64,000 nt of DNA from an uncultured Chloroflexia bacterium (GCA_963776385.1 CAVZME010000011.1:465195-529194); one strand, 5' to 3'; shown: positions 1 to 10,190, counted from the first letter of the stretch. Program-made: numbers and translations. The notes: generated by a model from the sequence alone, not told the origin.

Positions 1-1
1 C

Positions 2-3000
2 ACCGAACCGTCCGATCCGGACGGCAAGGGCGGTGGCTCGGGTTCGCTCGTGGACGACGGCGTCCGGTACTGGCACGCCTTCGACCTCGATCGCTCGCTC
101 TACCGAACGAACGACACCGTCAACGCCTGGGGGGTCGTCCGTGATCGGAAGAGCGGCACGGTCCCCGATCCGGTCACGGTCCGCCTCGTGACGGTCGACG
201 AGTCGACAGGCGGTGCCGGCCCGCTTCTGGTCACGAAGACGATCCACCCGAACAAGATCGGTGCGTTCGCGACCTCGATCGCATTGGTCGGGCTGCCCGA
301 AGGGTCCTACCAGCTCGAACTTCGTACCGCCGATCGACTCATCGCCACCAGCGGCTTCCAGGTCGGACGCATCCTGAAACCCGCCTACCGGCTCAACGTC
401 GTCACCGGCCGCCGCGTGTATGTGGAGGGCGACCAGATCCGCGTCACCGCCAGCGCCACCTTCTACGAGGGATCACCGGTCCCGGGCATCAAACTCCGGA
501 CGGACGGTTTCGTCGGGGCATCGTTCACGACCGATCGATCCGGGACCGCGACCCGGAAGGTGACCGCGCACGTCAGCGCCGACGGTGGCGAGGAGACCAC
601 GGGTCCCCAGGTCCAGTCCTTGACCGTGACGCCGGCCACCGCCGAGGAGGGCGAGATCAGCTCGTCGAGCCGCGAGATCATCGTCTTCCCGAGTCACTGG
701 ACGGTCGCGCAAGCTGCCACGCTCAGCGGCGGCCGGGTGCGGGCGACGGGCACCCTCAGCGTGATGGCGCGCGACCGACTCGAACGCGAACTCAGTGGCG
801 GGGCTAGCGCGGATTCGCTCGATCCTGCCGGGAAGGTCCTGGCCGACCGCGCAGTCACGCTGACGTTCCTCGAAACCATCACCCACAAGGTCAAGTCAGG
901 GACGCATTACGACTTCGTCGAGAAGAAGGTCATCCCCACCTACGACTACTCGACGACGGAGCGCGTCGCGGACACCATCCGTGTCCGGACCGACGCGAAA
1001 GGCCGCTTCTCCGCCTCGATCAAGGCCGTCGAGGGGCGCAGCTACCGCGTCAAGGCGACCGCCCGGGACACCGACGGACACATCGCGCGCTCCATCGATT
1101 GGGCCAGTGATCCCTCGCTCGTCGCCCAGGAGGACAGCTCGCCGAGACTCAGTCTGACGACGGATGCCAACGTCAGCGACGGCGAATTCGGCGTCGGCGA
1201 TCGGATCGACCTGCGGATGACCGACCCGGCCGCCGTTGGCGAGGGCGCCGTCGATCGATATCTCTTCTACACGGCGCAGCTCGGCCTGCGCGATGTCGTC
1301 GTCCAGGATTCCGGCCGCTTCCGGACGACGTTCGGTCGCTCTGCGGTGCCCGACCTGCAGATCGGTGCGGTCCGGTTCGACGGATCCCATTACTCGGAAA
1401 CGACGGCCTTCGAGGCACGGTTCCGAGCGACGGACCGCAGGCTCACGGTCAGGCTCACAGCGGATGCGGCTCGATATGCGCCGGGCGCCGATGTCCGCAT
1501 CCGCGTCGCCACCCGCGACAAGAGCGGCGACCCGGTCCCGGCGACCGTCATCCTGCGTGCCGTGGACGAGAAGCTGTTCACGCTCGGAGGCGCGGCTGCG
1601 GCCGATCCACTCGCTGAGATCTACACCAACGTGCCGTCCGGGATCAGGGTGACGTATCGCTCACACCGCCTGCCCCGCCCGAACACGGAAGACGGCGGTG
1701 GCGACACGACCGGCGGCGGTCGCGACGACTTCCGCGACTCGCTCCTGTTCAAGACCGTCGACACGGGGGCCGACGGCCGGGCGACAGTGACCATGCATCT
1801 GTCCGACGACCTTACCTCGTGGCACGTCGGCGCATCGGCGATCGGGGCCGGGCTTTCGGCTGGAGAAGGCTCGATCCTGATCCCGGTCGGCCTGCCCTTC
1901 TTCGCCGAGGCCACCATCGCGCCCGAGTACCTCGTCTCGGATCGTCCGGAGATCGGACTCCGAGCCTTCGGGACCGCATTGAAGACGACATCGAAGGTGA
2001 CCTTCGCGGTCGATTCGAGCGACCTCGGCCTGCACGTCCACGGCCTCCGTGCCGGCGCCTTCGAGACCGTCAAGGTCGCGCTGCCACGGCTGACGCTAGG
2101 GCGCCATCAAGTCACGATCACGGCCCGGACCGGCAGCGGCTCCAAGGCTCGCGAAGACCGTCTGACGCGGACGTTCACGGTCATCGCGTCCCGTCTCGAA
2201 CGGACCCGGACCGCCTACAAGGAGATCGGCGGCATCAGCCATCTCGAAGGCGGCGCCGGCCTGACGGAGATCACCGTTGCTGATGCAGGCGTCGGCCGGT
2301 ACGCCCCGCTCCTGTTCGACCTGTCCGACCCCGGATCCGGGCGGCTCGAACGCGTCCTGGCCGGCGCCGTCGCGAGCGCACTCGCTGGATCGCGCTTCGC
2401 GGCGAAGGACGCAGTGGATGGTTCGTCGTTCGATCGCACGACGTACCTGGCCCCCGACGGCGGACTGTCGGTGGTGCCGTACGGCAGCAGCGATCTCGGC
2501 GCCTCCGTCCTCGCTGCCCTCGTTGCACCGGACCGGCTGGACAAGGCCCAGCTCAGCGCCTACCTGGCGAAGATCGCGGGTGACGAGTCGGAGACACGCG
2601 AGCGGCGCAACGACGCCCTCGCCGGCCTGGCTGGTCTCGGGTCGGCGGTCCTCCCGCGGATCCGTGCCGCCGTCGCGGAGCCGGATCTGACCATCCGTGA
2701 ACGGATCATCCTGGCGATCGGCGCCGCAACCCTCGGTGACGCCCGGATCGCCCACGAAACGGCCGGATCGCTCGTGGACGCGTACGGCGAGGCCGTCGGC
2801 GACCAGGCGCGGATCCGGGTCGGCGCCGACGCGGCGGACACGACCGAAGCGACGGCCTGGATGGCGATCCTCGCTGCCGCCAACGACGATCCGCTGGCGC
2901 CGAGGTTCTGGAGCTATGTCGAAGCGAACCCGGATGCTGACGCGACCTACGCGCTCCACGCCGTCGGCTTCGTGACGCGGATGCTCGACCACGCCGCGCC

Positions 3001-3598
3001 CACGCCCGCCAGCTTCGCCTACACGAGCGGCGGGACGCGGACCGTGGTCACGCTCGGCGCGGGCGAGGCCTTCCACCTGACCATCGTCGGCAGCCAGCTC
3101 GCGGACTTCACCGTCGAGCCCGTCACGGGCTCCGTGGCCGTGACCACGAGCTGGCGAGAACCGGTGGACCCCGCGTCGTTCGAGCCTGATCCCGACGTCC
3201 AGGTCTCCCGGACGATCGCGCCAGCAGGCGTCGTGGGCGCGAGCGATCTCGTCTCCGTCGACCTCGTCGTCGAATTCGGCCCTCTCTCGAGCGACGGCTG
3301 CCACACCGTGACCGACCTCGTGCCGTCAGGCCTCGTCCCGGTCGGGAAGCTGCGCGGCTGGGTCGACCCCGAAGACACCGAGGCCACGGCCGCCAATGCC
3401 ACCGAGCCGTATGCCATGAGTGGTCAGCGTGTGGACTTCTGCGCGGAGCCCCGGGCCGAGGGCGGCACGGCCAAGCTGCACTATGTGGCGCGCGTGGTCT
3501 CCACCGGCACTTACACCTGGGAGACGGCCGTCGCGCAGTCGCCACTCGCACCGGAGCGGGCCGCCCTCACGGGCGCCACGAAGATCGCGATCCACTGA
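2..3598 (+). CDS. alpha-2-macroglobulin family (MG-domain) protein, 5' end outside window
   Basis: ORF is open to the window start (no stop upstream of GTG at 50). Repeated beta-sandwich MG-like segments (VTVRLVTVDESTGG...SYQLELR). A2M_N_2-like motif LSDDLTSWHVGASAIG. No CxEQ thioester motif seen. Confidence 0.55.
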   Translation, partial: TEPSDPDGKGGGSGSLVDDGVRYWHAFDLDRSLYRTNDTVNAWGVVRDRKSGTVPDPVTVRLVTVDESTGGAGPLLVTKTIHPNKIGAFATSIALVGLPEGSYQLELRTADRLIATSGFQVGRILKPAYRLNVVTGRRVYVEGDQIRVTASATFYEGSPVPGIKLRTDGFVGASFTTDRSGTATRKVTAHVSADGGEETTGPQVQSLTVTPATAEEGEISSSSREIIVFPSHWTVAQAATLSGGRVRATGTLSVMARDRLERELSGGASADSLDPAGKVLADRAVTLTFLETITHKVKSGTHYDFVEKKVIPTYDYSTTERVADTIRVRTDAKGRFSASIKAVEGRSYRVKATARDTDGHIARSIDWASDPSLVAQEDSSPRLSLTTDANVSDGEFGVGDRIDLRMTDPAAVGEGAVDRYLFYTAQLGLRDVVVQDSGRFRTTFGRSAVPDLQIGAVRFDGSHYSETTAFEARFRATDRRLTVRLTADAARYAPGADVRIRVATRDKSGDPVPATVILRAVDEKLFTLGGAAAADPLAEIYTNVPSGIRVTYRSHRLPRPNTEDGGGDTTGGGRDDFRDSLLFKTVDTGADGRATVTMHLSDDLTSWHVGASAIGAGLSAGEGSILIPVGLPFFAEATIAPEYLVSDRPEIGLRAFGTALKTTSKVTFAVDSSDLGLHVHGLRAGAFETVKVALPRLTLGRHQVTITARTGSGSKAREDRLTRTFTVIASRLERTRTAYKEIGGISHLEGGAGLTEITVADAGVGRYAPLLFDLSDPGSGRLERVLAGAVASALAGSRFAAKDAVDGSSFDRTTYLAPDGGLSVVPYGSSDLGASVLAALVAPDRLDKAQLSAYLAKIAGDESETRERRNDALAGLAGLGSAVLPRIRAAVAEPDLTIRERIILAIGAATLGDARIAHETAGSLVDAYGEAVGDQARIRVGADAADTTEATAWMAILAAANDDPLAPRFWSYVEANPDADATYALHAVGFVTRMLDHAAPTPASFAYTSGGTRTVVTLGAGEAFHLTIVGSQLADFTVEPVTGSVAVTTSWREPVDPASFEPDPDVQVSRTIAPAGVVGASDLVSVDLVVEFGPLSSDGCHTVTDLVPSGLVPVGKLRGWVDPEDTEATAANATEPYAMSGQRVDFCAEPRAEGGTAKLHYVARVVSTGTYTWETAVAQSPLAPERAALTGATKIAIH

Positions 3599-3613
3599 CC
3601 CCGGCCTGGTCCG

Positions 3614-4543
3614 TCAGGCTCCCGGGCTCGCCTCGGCTGGTGCGCCATCGACGGGAGAGCTCTCGACCGGGGCGCTGTCGACCGGGGCGCTCGCTGCGGG
3701 CGCGCTCTCTGCAGGCGCGCTCTCTGCAGGCGCGCTTGCGGCGGGCGCGCTCGGCGTGACGGGTGTCGGTTCTGCGCTCGGATCGCCGGGCGTGGCGACC
3801 GGCGTCGCGACTGGGGTCGGTGTCGGCGCCGGAGCCGTCTGCTGACGCCACAGGTACTCGCGGAGGGTCAGGCCGCTCGCCCGGACCTTGGCAGCCACGG
3901 CCCGTCCGAGATACCGGTAGTGCCATGGCTCGTACGCGTAGCAGGTGAGGGTCGACTTGCCCTTGGGATAGGACATGATGAAGCCGTATTTCCAGGCGTT
4001 GGCCTTGAGCCACGCCCCGGCCTTCGTCTTGCCCCAGTCCGCGTAGTACCACGGCGCCGAGCCACCATAGCTCCGGAAGTCGATGGTGGTCCCCAGCTGG
4101 TGCTCGCTGTGCCCCGCCCTGGCGCTCGATTTCAGCGCGGTGGCGTAGCCCGAGACGCGCGCCCAGTAGGCGAAGGTCGATCTCTGGGTGGCGTAGCTTC
4201 GGTAGGCCGACTGGACGGCGAGCCGAGCGCCTGCCCGTCGGGCGGCCGATGCCATCGCCCGCAGGTCCGAGATGACGAGGGCGCGCACGCGGTGACTGCC
4301 GTTGAGCCCGGCGTTGGACGTCGACCGAAGGTCCCCGGGCGCATAGCCGGTCGTGAGCCGATAGCGCGTGTCGAGCACGGTCCTGTTCCAGTCGGTGTAT
4401 CTGCGCTGGGCCGTCGTGACGTCGGCGATCTTGCACGACGGGAGCGACGAGGCGGTCACGACGGTCGCGGCGAGCCCCGTGGCGAGCGCGCACGTCAGCA
4501 ACAGGGCGACAAGGCGGAACCGCTGAGCAGACATCCCGGTCAT
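3614..4543 (-). CDS. D-alanyl-D-alanine carboxypeptidase, peptidase M15B (VanY-like), with Ala/Pro/Ser-rich C-terminal repeat tail
   Basis: Signal peptide. M15 motifs SEHQLGTTIDF and EPWHYRY. C-terminal APAESAPAESAPAASAPVDSAPVES repeats. Confidence 0.8.
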   Translation of the reverse strand: MTGMSAQRFRLVALLLTCALATGLAATVVTASSLPSCKIADVTTAQRRYTDWNRTVLDTRYRLTTGYAPGDLRSTSNAGLNGSHRVRALVISDLRAMASAARRAGARLAVQSAYRSYATQRSTFAYWARVSGYATALKSSARAGHSEHQLGTTIDFRSYGGSAPWYYADWGKTKAGAWLKANAWKYGFIMSYPKGKSTLTCYAYEPWHYRYLGRAVAAKVRASGLTLREYLWRQQTAPAPTPTPVATPVATPGDPSAEPTPVTPSAPAASAPAESAPAESAPAASAPVDSAPVESSPVDGAPAEASPGA

Positions 4544-4587
4544 CTTTGCACCGGTTCCGGTCGCTGCAACCCCACCCGAACGTACCG

Positions 4588-6012
4588 TCAGGGAGGGGCC
4601 GGTGTGGTCTCCGGTGTCACGAGTGGGGTGATGGCGGGCGTGGGCTTCGCGGTCGGCTTGGGTGTCGGTTTCGGGGTCGGCTTGGGTGTGGGCTTCGGGG
4701 TCGCGGCTGGGCGACAGCTGCTGACGCCGCTGCCCGAGACCGCGCCGCTCGAGGGCGGAGCCAGGTACTTGGCGGGCGGCAGCGTCCCGGTCGGCGGGAA
4801 GATCGCCGCGGCGAGCTTGCGGATGTCGGCGACCTTCGGGACCTGGATCGAACCGCGGCTGTCGAAGTCACCCCGCACGAGCGGATGGGTGATCACCGCG
4901 CGATACGTGTTCTTTCGCGTGATATGGCTGGCGGCGTCGGCGAGGTCGGGCAGCAGCTTGCGCGGGACATTCGTCTCGACCGTCTTGCCGACAGCCTTGA
5001 TGAGCCCGATCGGATCGTTGATGAAGCCGCCACGGACGATCGCGTCGCGGATGCCCTGGACCACCTCTTGCTGTCGGGCGGCTCGGGTGAAGTCGCTCTC
5101 GCCGGCCGGTTTGCGGACGCGAGCGTAGGCGAGGGCCTGGTTGCCGTTGAGGTGGTGTCGCCCCTTGGTGATCGAGAACCCGTTCTCGTAGCCGTACTCG
5201 CTGTAGTGCGAGTCGCAGAAGCTTCGCACCACGTTGACGTTGACCCCGCCGAGCGTGTCGACGACGCGGACGAACCCGCCGAGGTTGACCGTGGCGTAGT
5301 ACTGGATCGGTTGCCTGAGGAGTGTGCCGAGCGCATCCATGAGGACGTCGAAGCCCGTCCCGTCCGAGCCCGGGAACTGCTTCGGGTGATGCCGCGCATA
5401 CGACACGAGCGAGTTGATCTTGCCGCGGAACTTGCGCCCGTCGGACAACGGGACATCGACCATGTCGCGCGGGATCGACACCAGCGAGACGGACTGTCCG
5501 ACCGGGTCGAGCGACACGACGATCATCGTGTCGGTGAGGTACGTGTTTCGGCCGATGCCCGCATCGACACCGACGATCAGGCCGTTGATGCGGGGGACGG
5601 CCGGCGTCGGCGAGGGCAGCACCGAGGCCGACGGCTCGGCGGACGGACTCTCGTCGGGTGCCTCGAGGTTGCTCGGGTCGGGCTCGGGAGCCTGCGAGGG
5701 TCCGACGGCAACCGGCGGCGGCTCGACGAAGACCTCATCGATCGACTCGCGGGCGATCTCGGTCGCGTAGCCGCCGTAGACCTGCGGCACGATGACCAGG
5801 AGCATCACCAGTGTGACGGGGATGACGTCCCGTCGACCGGGCCGTGGCAGCGTCGGGTTCCAGATGCTCGAACCGACGGCGACGAGCCGCCACACGAGGA
5901 ACAGGACCTGGATCGCGATCAGGCCCCAGATGACCTCGGAGGCGAGCAGCTCTGCGACGAGACGGGGCGCCGATGTGGTCAGGAGGATCCACACGCCCGA
6001 CGACGAGGGCAA
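4588..6012 (-). CDS. LytR-CpsA-Psr (LCP) family cell-envelope glycopolymer transferase
   Basis: N-terminal TM. LCP core GVDAGIGRNTYLTDTMIVVSLDP...SIPRD...LNGNQALAYARVR. C-terminal TPKPTPKPTPKP repeat tail. Confidence 0.8.
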   Translation of the reverse strand: MPSSSGVWILLTTSAPRLVAELLASEVIWGLIAIQVLFLVWRLVAVGSSIWNPTLPRPGRRDVIPVTLVMLLVIVPQVYGGYATEIARESIDEVFVEPPPVAVGPSQAPEPDPSNLEAPDESPSAEPSASVLPSPTPAVPRINGLIVGVDAGIGRNTYLTDTMIVVSLDPVGQSVSLVSIPRDMVDVPLSDGRKFRGKINSLVSYARHHPKQFPGSDGTGFDVLMDALGTLLRQPIQYYATVNLGGFVRVVDTLGGVNVNVVRSFCDSHYSEYGYENGFSITKGRHHLNGNQALAYARVRKPAGESDFTRAARQQEVVQGIRDAIVRGGFINDPIGLIKAVGKTVETNVPRKLLPDLADAASHITRKNTYRAVITHPLVRGDFDSRGSIQVPKVADIRKLAAAIFPPTGTLPPAKYLAPPSSGAVSGSGVSSCRPAATPKPTPKPTPKPTPKPTAKPTPAITPLVTPETTPAPP

Positions 6013-6269
6013 GGACGACCGGAGTCAGGAAGATGATCGCGCGTCGCGGCGGCGACCGGCGGCCAGGTGGCCGAGACCCGGGATGAGCGCGTCGAGGACC
6101 GCCGGGACGTAGCGCGAGACCCACGTCGAACCGACGGCGGGGTCGGTGGGCTGGGCGGCTGAGGGTCGACTGGCTCGGACGTGACGGCGTCCGAACCGGG
6201 CTCCTGCTGGTCCACGGGCGGCAGGTTAACAGGTCAGGCGGCACCTCCGGTACAATCCCGCGGCTCCAC

Positions 6270-6341
6270 TGGCGAGTGGCCAAGCGGTAAGGCGCCTGAC
6301 TCTGGATCAGGAGATCGAAGGTTCGAATCCTTCCTCGCCAG
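6270..6341 (+). tRNA. tRNA-Gln (anticodon CTG)
   Basis: Cloverleaf: acceptor TGGCGAG/CTCGCCA, D-arm GCC-AAGCGGTAA-GGC, anticodon arm CCTGA-CTCTGGA-TCAGG, T-arm GAAGG-TTCGAAT-CCTTC. Discriminator G and encoded CCA. U1:A72 as in bacterial tRNA-Gln. Confidence 0.85.
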
Positions 6342-6924
6342 CCAAACCACAACAGGTGGCGGCCCGGTGGATTTCCGACGCCACATATGGTGGATTCGTG
6401 ACCGGGACGAGCCGGCGTGCGGCTCCAAGAAGGAGGCCACCGCTGCCAGCGAGTTCAGCTGAATGTTCGACTTCTGGACGTTCACCTATCGCCGGGTCGC
6501 CATGTTCGCGTGACTCCGCCTGCTGGCAGCCGTCACCAGCGCTCGAACTGGCGGACCCGCCCCGTTGATCAGGAGGCGGAGCTGCGCGCGCACAGGGCCC
6601 GGCAGTAACACTCACGGCGCGCGGACTACTAGCCCGGCAGCTCGGCCAAATGCGGCCATGAACCGTCGTAGCCCGACGGGCTACGCCCCGAACCCTGACC
6701 TCTTAGTCGGCTGGCCCTTCTCATGGTTCCCTCATATTCAGCCTGCACGCTCGGCGGGCGTCCCGTGGTCGACCCTGGCCCGTGAGGTGAGGATACCGCG
6801 CCATGACCGACTCCGAGATCGGCGCGAAGCTCGATGCGCGATGGCTCCGAACGTCCGCGTGACGGCGGGGCCGGTCGCGGAGAATGGGCGAGTCGAGGCC
6901 AAGGATCCCGCGTCGCAGCTCGAG

Positions 6925-7800
6925 CGGTGACGCTGGCGCGCCTGACCAGCGCGCATCCTCGGTGTGACGTTCGTCTAAACCGGTATCGACAAGCTCACGG
7001 ATCCGAACTTCCGCCAGGCGACGGGCCCGGGCTCGTACGGGTCCCGGCTCGACGGCTTCATCAAGGTCTCGCCGACCGCGACCCTCATCCAGACCCTCGG
7101 CCAGCAGTACCCGGTGGCGGCGGGGCTGCTCATCGCGGTCACCGAGATCGCGATCGGCCTCGGGCGTTGAGTGGCCTGCTCTTCCGGCTGTCCGCCGCCG
7201 GCGGCCTCGCTTTGTCAGTCTTGTTCTGGCTGACGGCATCGTGGGCGACCAAGCCCTACTACTACGGGCCGGACCTGCCCTACGCCCTCGGCTGGTTGAC
7301 CCTCGCCCTCGCCGGAACCGGCGGCCGGTTCACCATCGAAGCATGGCTCGACCGTGAATTCGACGGCGGGTTGGCCGATGAGCCCGTATCGCCCGAGCGA
7401 CGGCTCGTGCTCAAGACGGGATTCCTGGGAGTTGTTGCGCTGGTGGTCGCGGGTCTGGCCGGCACGGTCGGGGCGTCCGCGCTCGGAAGACAGCGGATCG
7501 GCGTCAAGGGCACGAACGGATCGGTCGACACCGGCGATGCCACGGATGGTGCGGTGCCATCGGGGGCTACGCCGTCGTTCGCAGCCGACGCAAGCGCCGC
7601 CCCGACCAGCCCGGGAGCGAGCATCGCGCCCGGATCGACGCCGACGCCGGTCAGCGGCCCGTTGGTCGCCAAGGTCAGCCAGCTGGCATCGGGTCGCCCC
7701 GTCACGTTCAACGACCCGATCACCGGCGACCCGGGCGTGATCATCAAGCTGCGCGACGCAGGTGCGTGGCCGACCCGGGGTGCATGCCACCAGCCTGCGT
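6925..7800 (+). pseudogene. DoxX family membrane protein, disrupted, followed by a Tat-signal-bearing domain of unclear identity
   Basis: DoxX-like segments LGVTFV*TGIDKLTDPNF...GFIKVSPTATLIQTL and LFRLSAAGGLALSVLFWLTASWATKPYYYG lie in three different frames, with an in-frame TAA near 6979. Downstream RRLVLKTGFLGVVALVVAGLAG looks like a twin-arginine signal. Confidence 0.4.
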
Positions 7801-8091
7801 CTGCCCAGTCTTGGTCGATTTCGAACCTCGGGGTGGTTCGGGGTGCGAGCTGGCAGAAAGACACCCGTATCCATCCCCACCAAGCCTCGCACGGCATCCC
7901 TCCGCCACAGATCCGGTCCCGGACTCCCGATCCGAGGCTAAGTGGCCAGCTACTCCGTGCACTCCGCAATCGCTCCCTGCATCCGCGGGCGAATGTCGCT
8001 GGCCCGTCCTCGGTCGCGCGATCGAGGGACGGAGGAGGTGACGTTCCCCGGTTCCGGCCACACGAAGAGCATCGGGCATCATGAGCGATAC

Positions 8092-8947
8092 ATGAACCGC
8101 AACACCCGTCCTGATCCGCGCGTCGTGCTCGCTGACCTGGCCTTCCCCGAGTCGCCCCGCTGGCATGACGGCCGGCTGTGGGTCTCGGACTGGGGGGCGA
8201 ACGAGGTCATCGCCGTCGATCCGGGGGGTCAGAGCCGAGGTCATCGCCCGGGTCGAGTCTTTTCCGATGTGCATCGACCATCTGCCCGATGGGAGGCTGC
8301 TGATCGTCTCGTCGGCGGGTCATCGTCTTCTGCGCCAGGAGTCCGACGGGTCGCTGGTGACCCATGGCGACCTGTCCACCGAAGACGACCACCCCTGGAA
8401 CGACATCGTCGTTGACGGTCGGGGCAACGCCTACGTCAACAACATCGGGTTCGATTTTCCGGGTGGTGAGTTCGCGCCGGGCATCGTCGCGGTCGTGACG
8501 CCCGATGGCATCGTGCGCCGGGTGGCCGACGGCCTGGCGTTCCCCAACGGGATGGCAGTCCAGCCCGACAACGCGACGCTCATCGTCGGGGAGTCCTACG
8601 GCCAGAAGCTGACGGCCTTCGACATCGCCTCCGACGGCAGCTTGTCCGGCCGAAGAACGTGGGCCGAGGTCGACGACCACCCCGACGGTCTCTGCCTCGA
8701 CGCCGAAGGTGCCGTCTGGTACGCGGACGTCGGCAACAAGCGCTGCGTGCGCGTGCGCGAGGGTGGTGAGGTGCTGGACGTGATCGATGTCGACCGCGGC
8801 TGCTTCGCCTGTGTGCTCGGCGGTCCGGATCGCCGAACGCTGTTCGTGGCCGTCAACGAGTGGGCCGGGGCCGAGAGGATGGCCGGGACCCGGAATGGCC
8901 AGGTGCTCGCCGTCGAGGTCCAGGTGCCGGGGATCGGCTGGCCGTAG
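8092..8947 (+). CDS. SMP-30/gluconolactonase/LRE (SGL) family protein, apparent frameshift in a G6 run near 8223-8228
   Basis: N-term MNRNTRPDPRVVLADLAFPESPRWHDGRLWVSDW continues in another frame as ...MCIDHLPDGRLLIVS...GNAYVNN...PNGMAV...CLDAEGAVWYADVGN. The break coincides with ccgggggg. Confidence 0.7.
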
Positions 8948-8986
8948 CCCCGATCGCGCCTGGGTGTCCCGCGCCCCGCCGTTCGC

Positions 8987-9997
8987 TCAGACCTGCGCCG
9001 CGACGACGATGAATCGAACGACCACGCCGCTCGTGACGCCGGCCACGACGAACCCGATCATCGCGATGAGCCACTCGTCCACGGGCCAGACCTGGATGTG
9101 TTCGGCCCTTTCCTCGAGAGCCCGTGCCGCATCGAGCACCTGGGCCTGCGCGCGCAGGACGGGAACGCTTGGATGACTGCGCAGTGGTTCATACGCGGCG
9201 GCATAGAGGGTCCGCGCCTCATCGACGTAGTGCGCCTTGGCTCCGCTCATCTGGCGGTGGAGGCGCCACATCGAGGCGAAGAGGATCGGGATGTTCACGC
9301 CAAGGATGGCAAGGGTGATGGCGAAGGTCGTCGGATTGCGCGTCGTCGCGACCAGGGTCGGCACCGCCGCCGCGACCAGCAAGGCGAATCCGCTGAAGCC
9401 GAGCGAGCCGACCACCCCGAGACCGAGGCTTCGATCCTGCGGAAATGGTTCCAGCGCGAGACGGGCACGCCCCAATTGATCCAGCCCGATCAGGAGTCGG
9501 ACGTATGTCCACACGAAGGTCATCACGGGCAGGACCGCGAGGGCCAGGAAAGGAAGCACGACGATCGTTGCCAGGACGCCGTTCTGACTCCACGAACCCC
9601 AGCTCGTCACCAGGATGACGATCGCTGAAAGGGCCACTGGACCGGCGACGTTCCACGGCGGCGCCTCGCCGCTGAGCTGAGTCCTGTCGTTCGTCAGTCG
9701 CTCGACGACCGGGCGAAGAGCCGTGGCGTGATCGACGAGGCGAGCGACCCCGACGAGGAGGAGGGCCACGACATAGGCGAGGACGCTCTGTGGCGCCAAC
9801 TCCGCGACACCGTCGAGATCGGTGGCGGCTCCCGACACCAAACGTGCTCCCGCCAGGACGATCGGCGTCATCAGGACAGCCAGGGCCCAGATGGTGATGA
9901 GGGCCCAACGCGGGCCGGGAATGCGCCGCAGCAGGCGTTCCGTGATCGGGATGCCGAGCTCCAGGGTCCCTGCGAAGACGCTGGCACCGGCGGTCAT
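8987..9997 (-). CDS. polytopic integral membrane protein, function unknown
   Basis: 8-9 predicted hydrophobic helices. Start ATG overlaps the stop of the upstream small ORF (ATGA). Confidence 0.45.
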   Translation of the reverse strand: MTAGASVFAGTLELGIPITERLLRRIPGPRWALITIWALAVLMTPIVLAGARLVSGAATDLDGVAELAPQSVLAYVVALLLVGVARLVDHATALRPVVERLTNDRTQLSGEAPPWNVAGPVALSAIVILVTSWGSWSQNGVLATIVVLPFLALAVLPVMTFVWTYVRLLIGLDQLGRARLALEPFPQDRSLGLGVVGSLGFSGFALLVAAAVPTLVATTRNPTTFAITLAILGVNIPILFASMWRLHRQMSGAKAHYVDEARTLYAAAYEPLRSHPSVPVLRAQAQVLDAARALEERAEHIQVWPVDEWLIAMIGFVVAGVTSGVVVRFIVVAAQV

Positions 9998-10190
9998 GTC
10001 CACCGCTGCCCGACACGGCTTGCGAGGGCAGAAGGGATCCGCCATCCAGGTTCCGCTGCGACGAACCGATCAGCGGTCTGGCCGGACCGCCGGGCCACGG
10101 CAGCGAAGAACGCGGCGCGTCGAAACGACACGAACCGGGCGTCCTTGCAGGTGCACCCGTCGACGAGGCACGCGCGCCGAGCGGCGGTGA
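9994..10190 (-). CDS. small Cys-containing protein (65 aa), unknown
   Basis: MDARETFEIVEANVTAARRACLVDGCTCKDARFVSFRR. Translationally coupled (ATGA) to the downstream membrane protein. Lies between the membrane protein and the LuxR-STAND regulator. Confidence 0.3.

Noticed and set aside
2-3598. Thioester-containing (CxEQ) alpha-2-macroglobulin
   Set aside because: No CGEQ/CLEQ motif was found in the visible 1182 aa. Only the MG-domain/A2M_N_2-like features support the family call.
3640-3760. 15-bp DNA tandem repeats as a separate repeat element or minisatellite
   Set aside because: They are simply the coding sequence of the Ala/Pro-rich tail of the M15 peptidase on the opposite strand.
7700-7950. 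Rieske [2Fe-2S] domain after the DoxX/Tat signal
   Set aside because: A CxH...CxC-like spacing could not be reconstructed consistently in any single frame or simple combination. The evidence is too weak to name.
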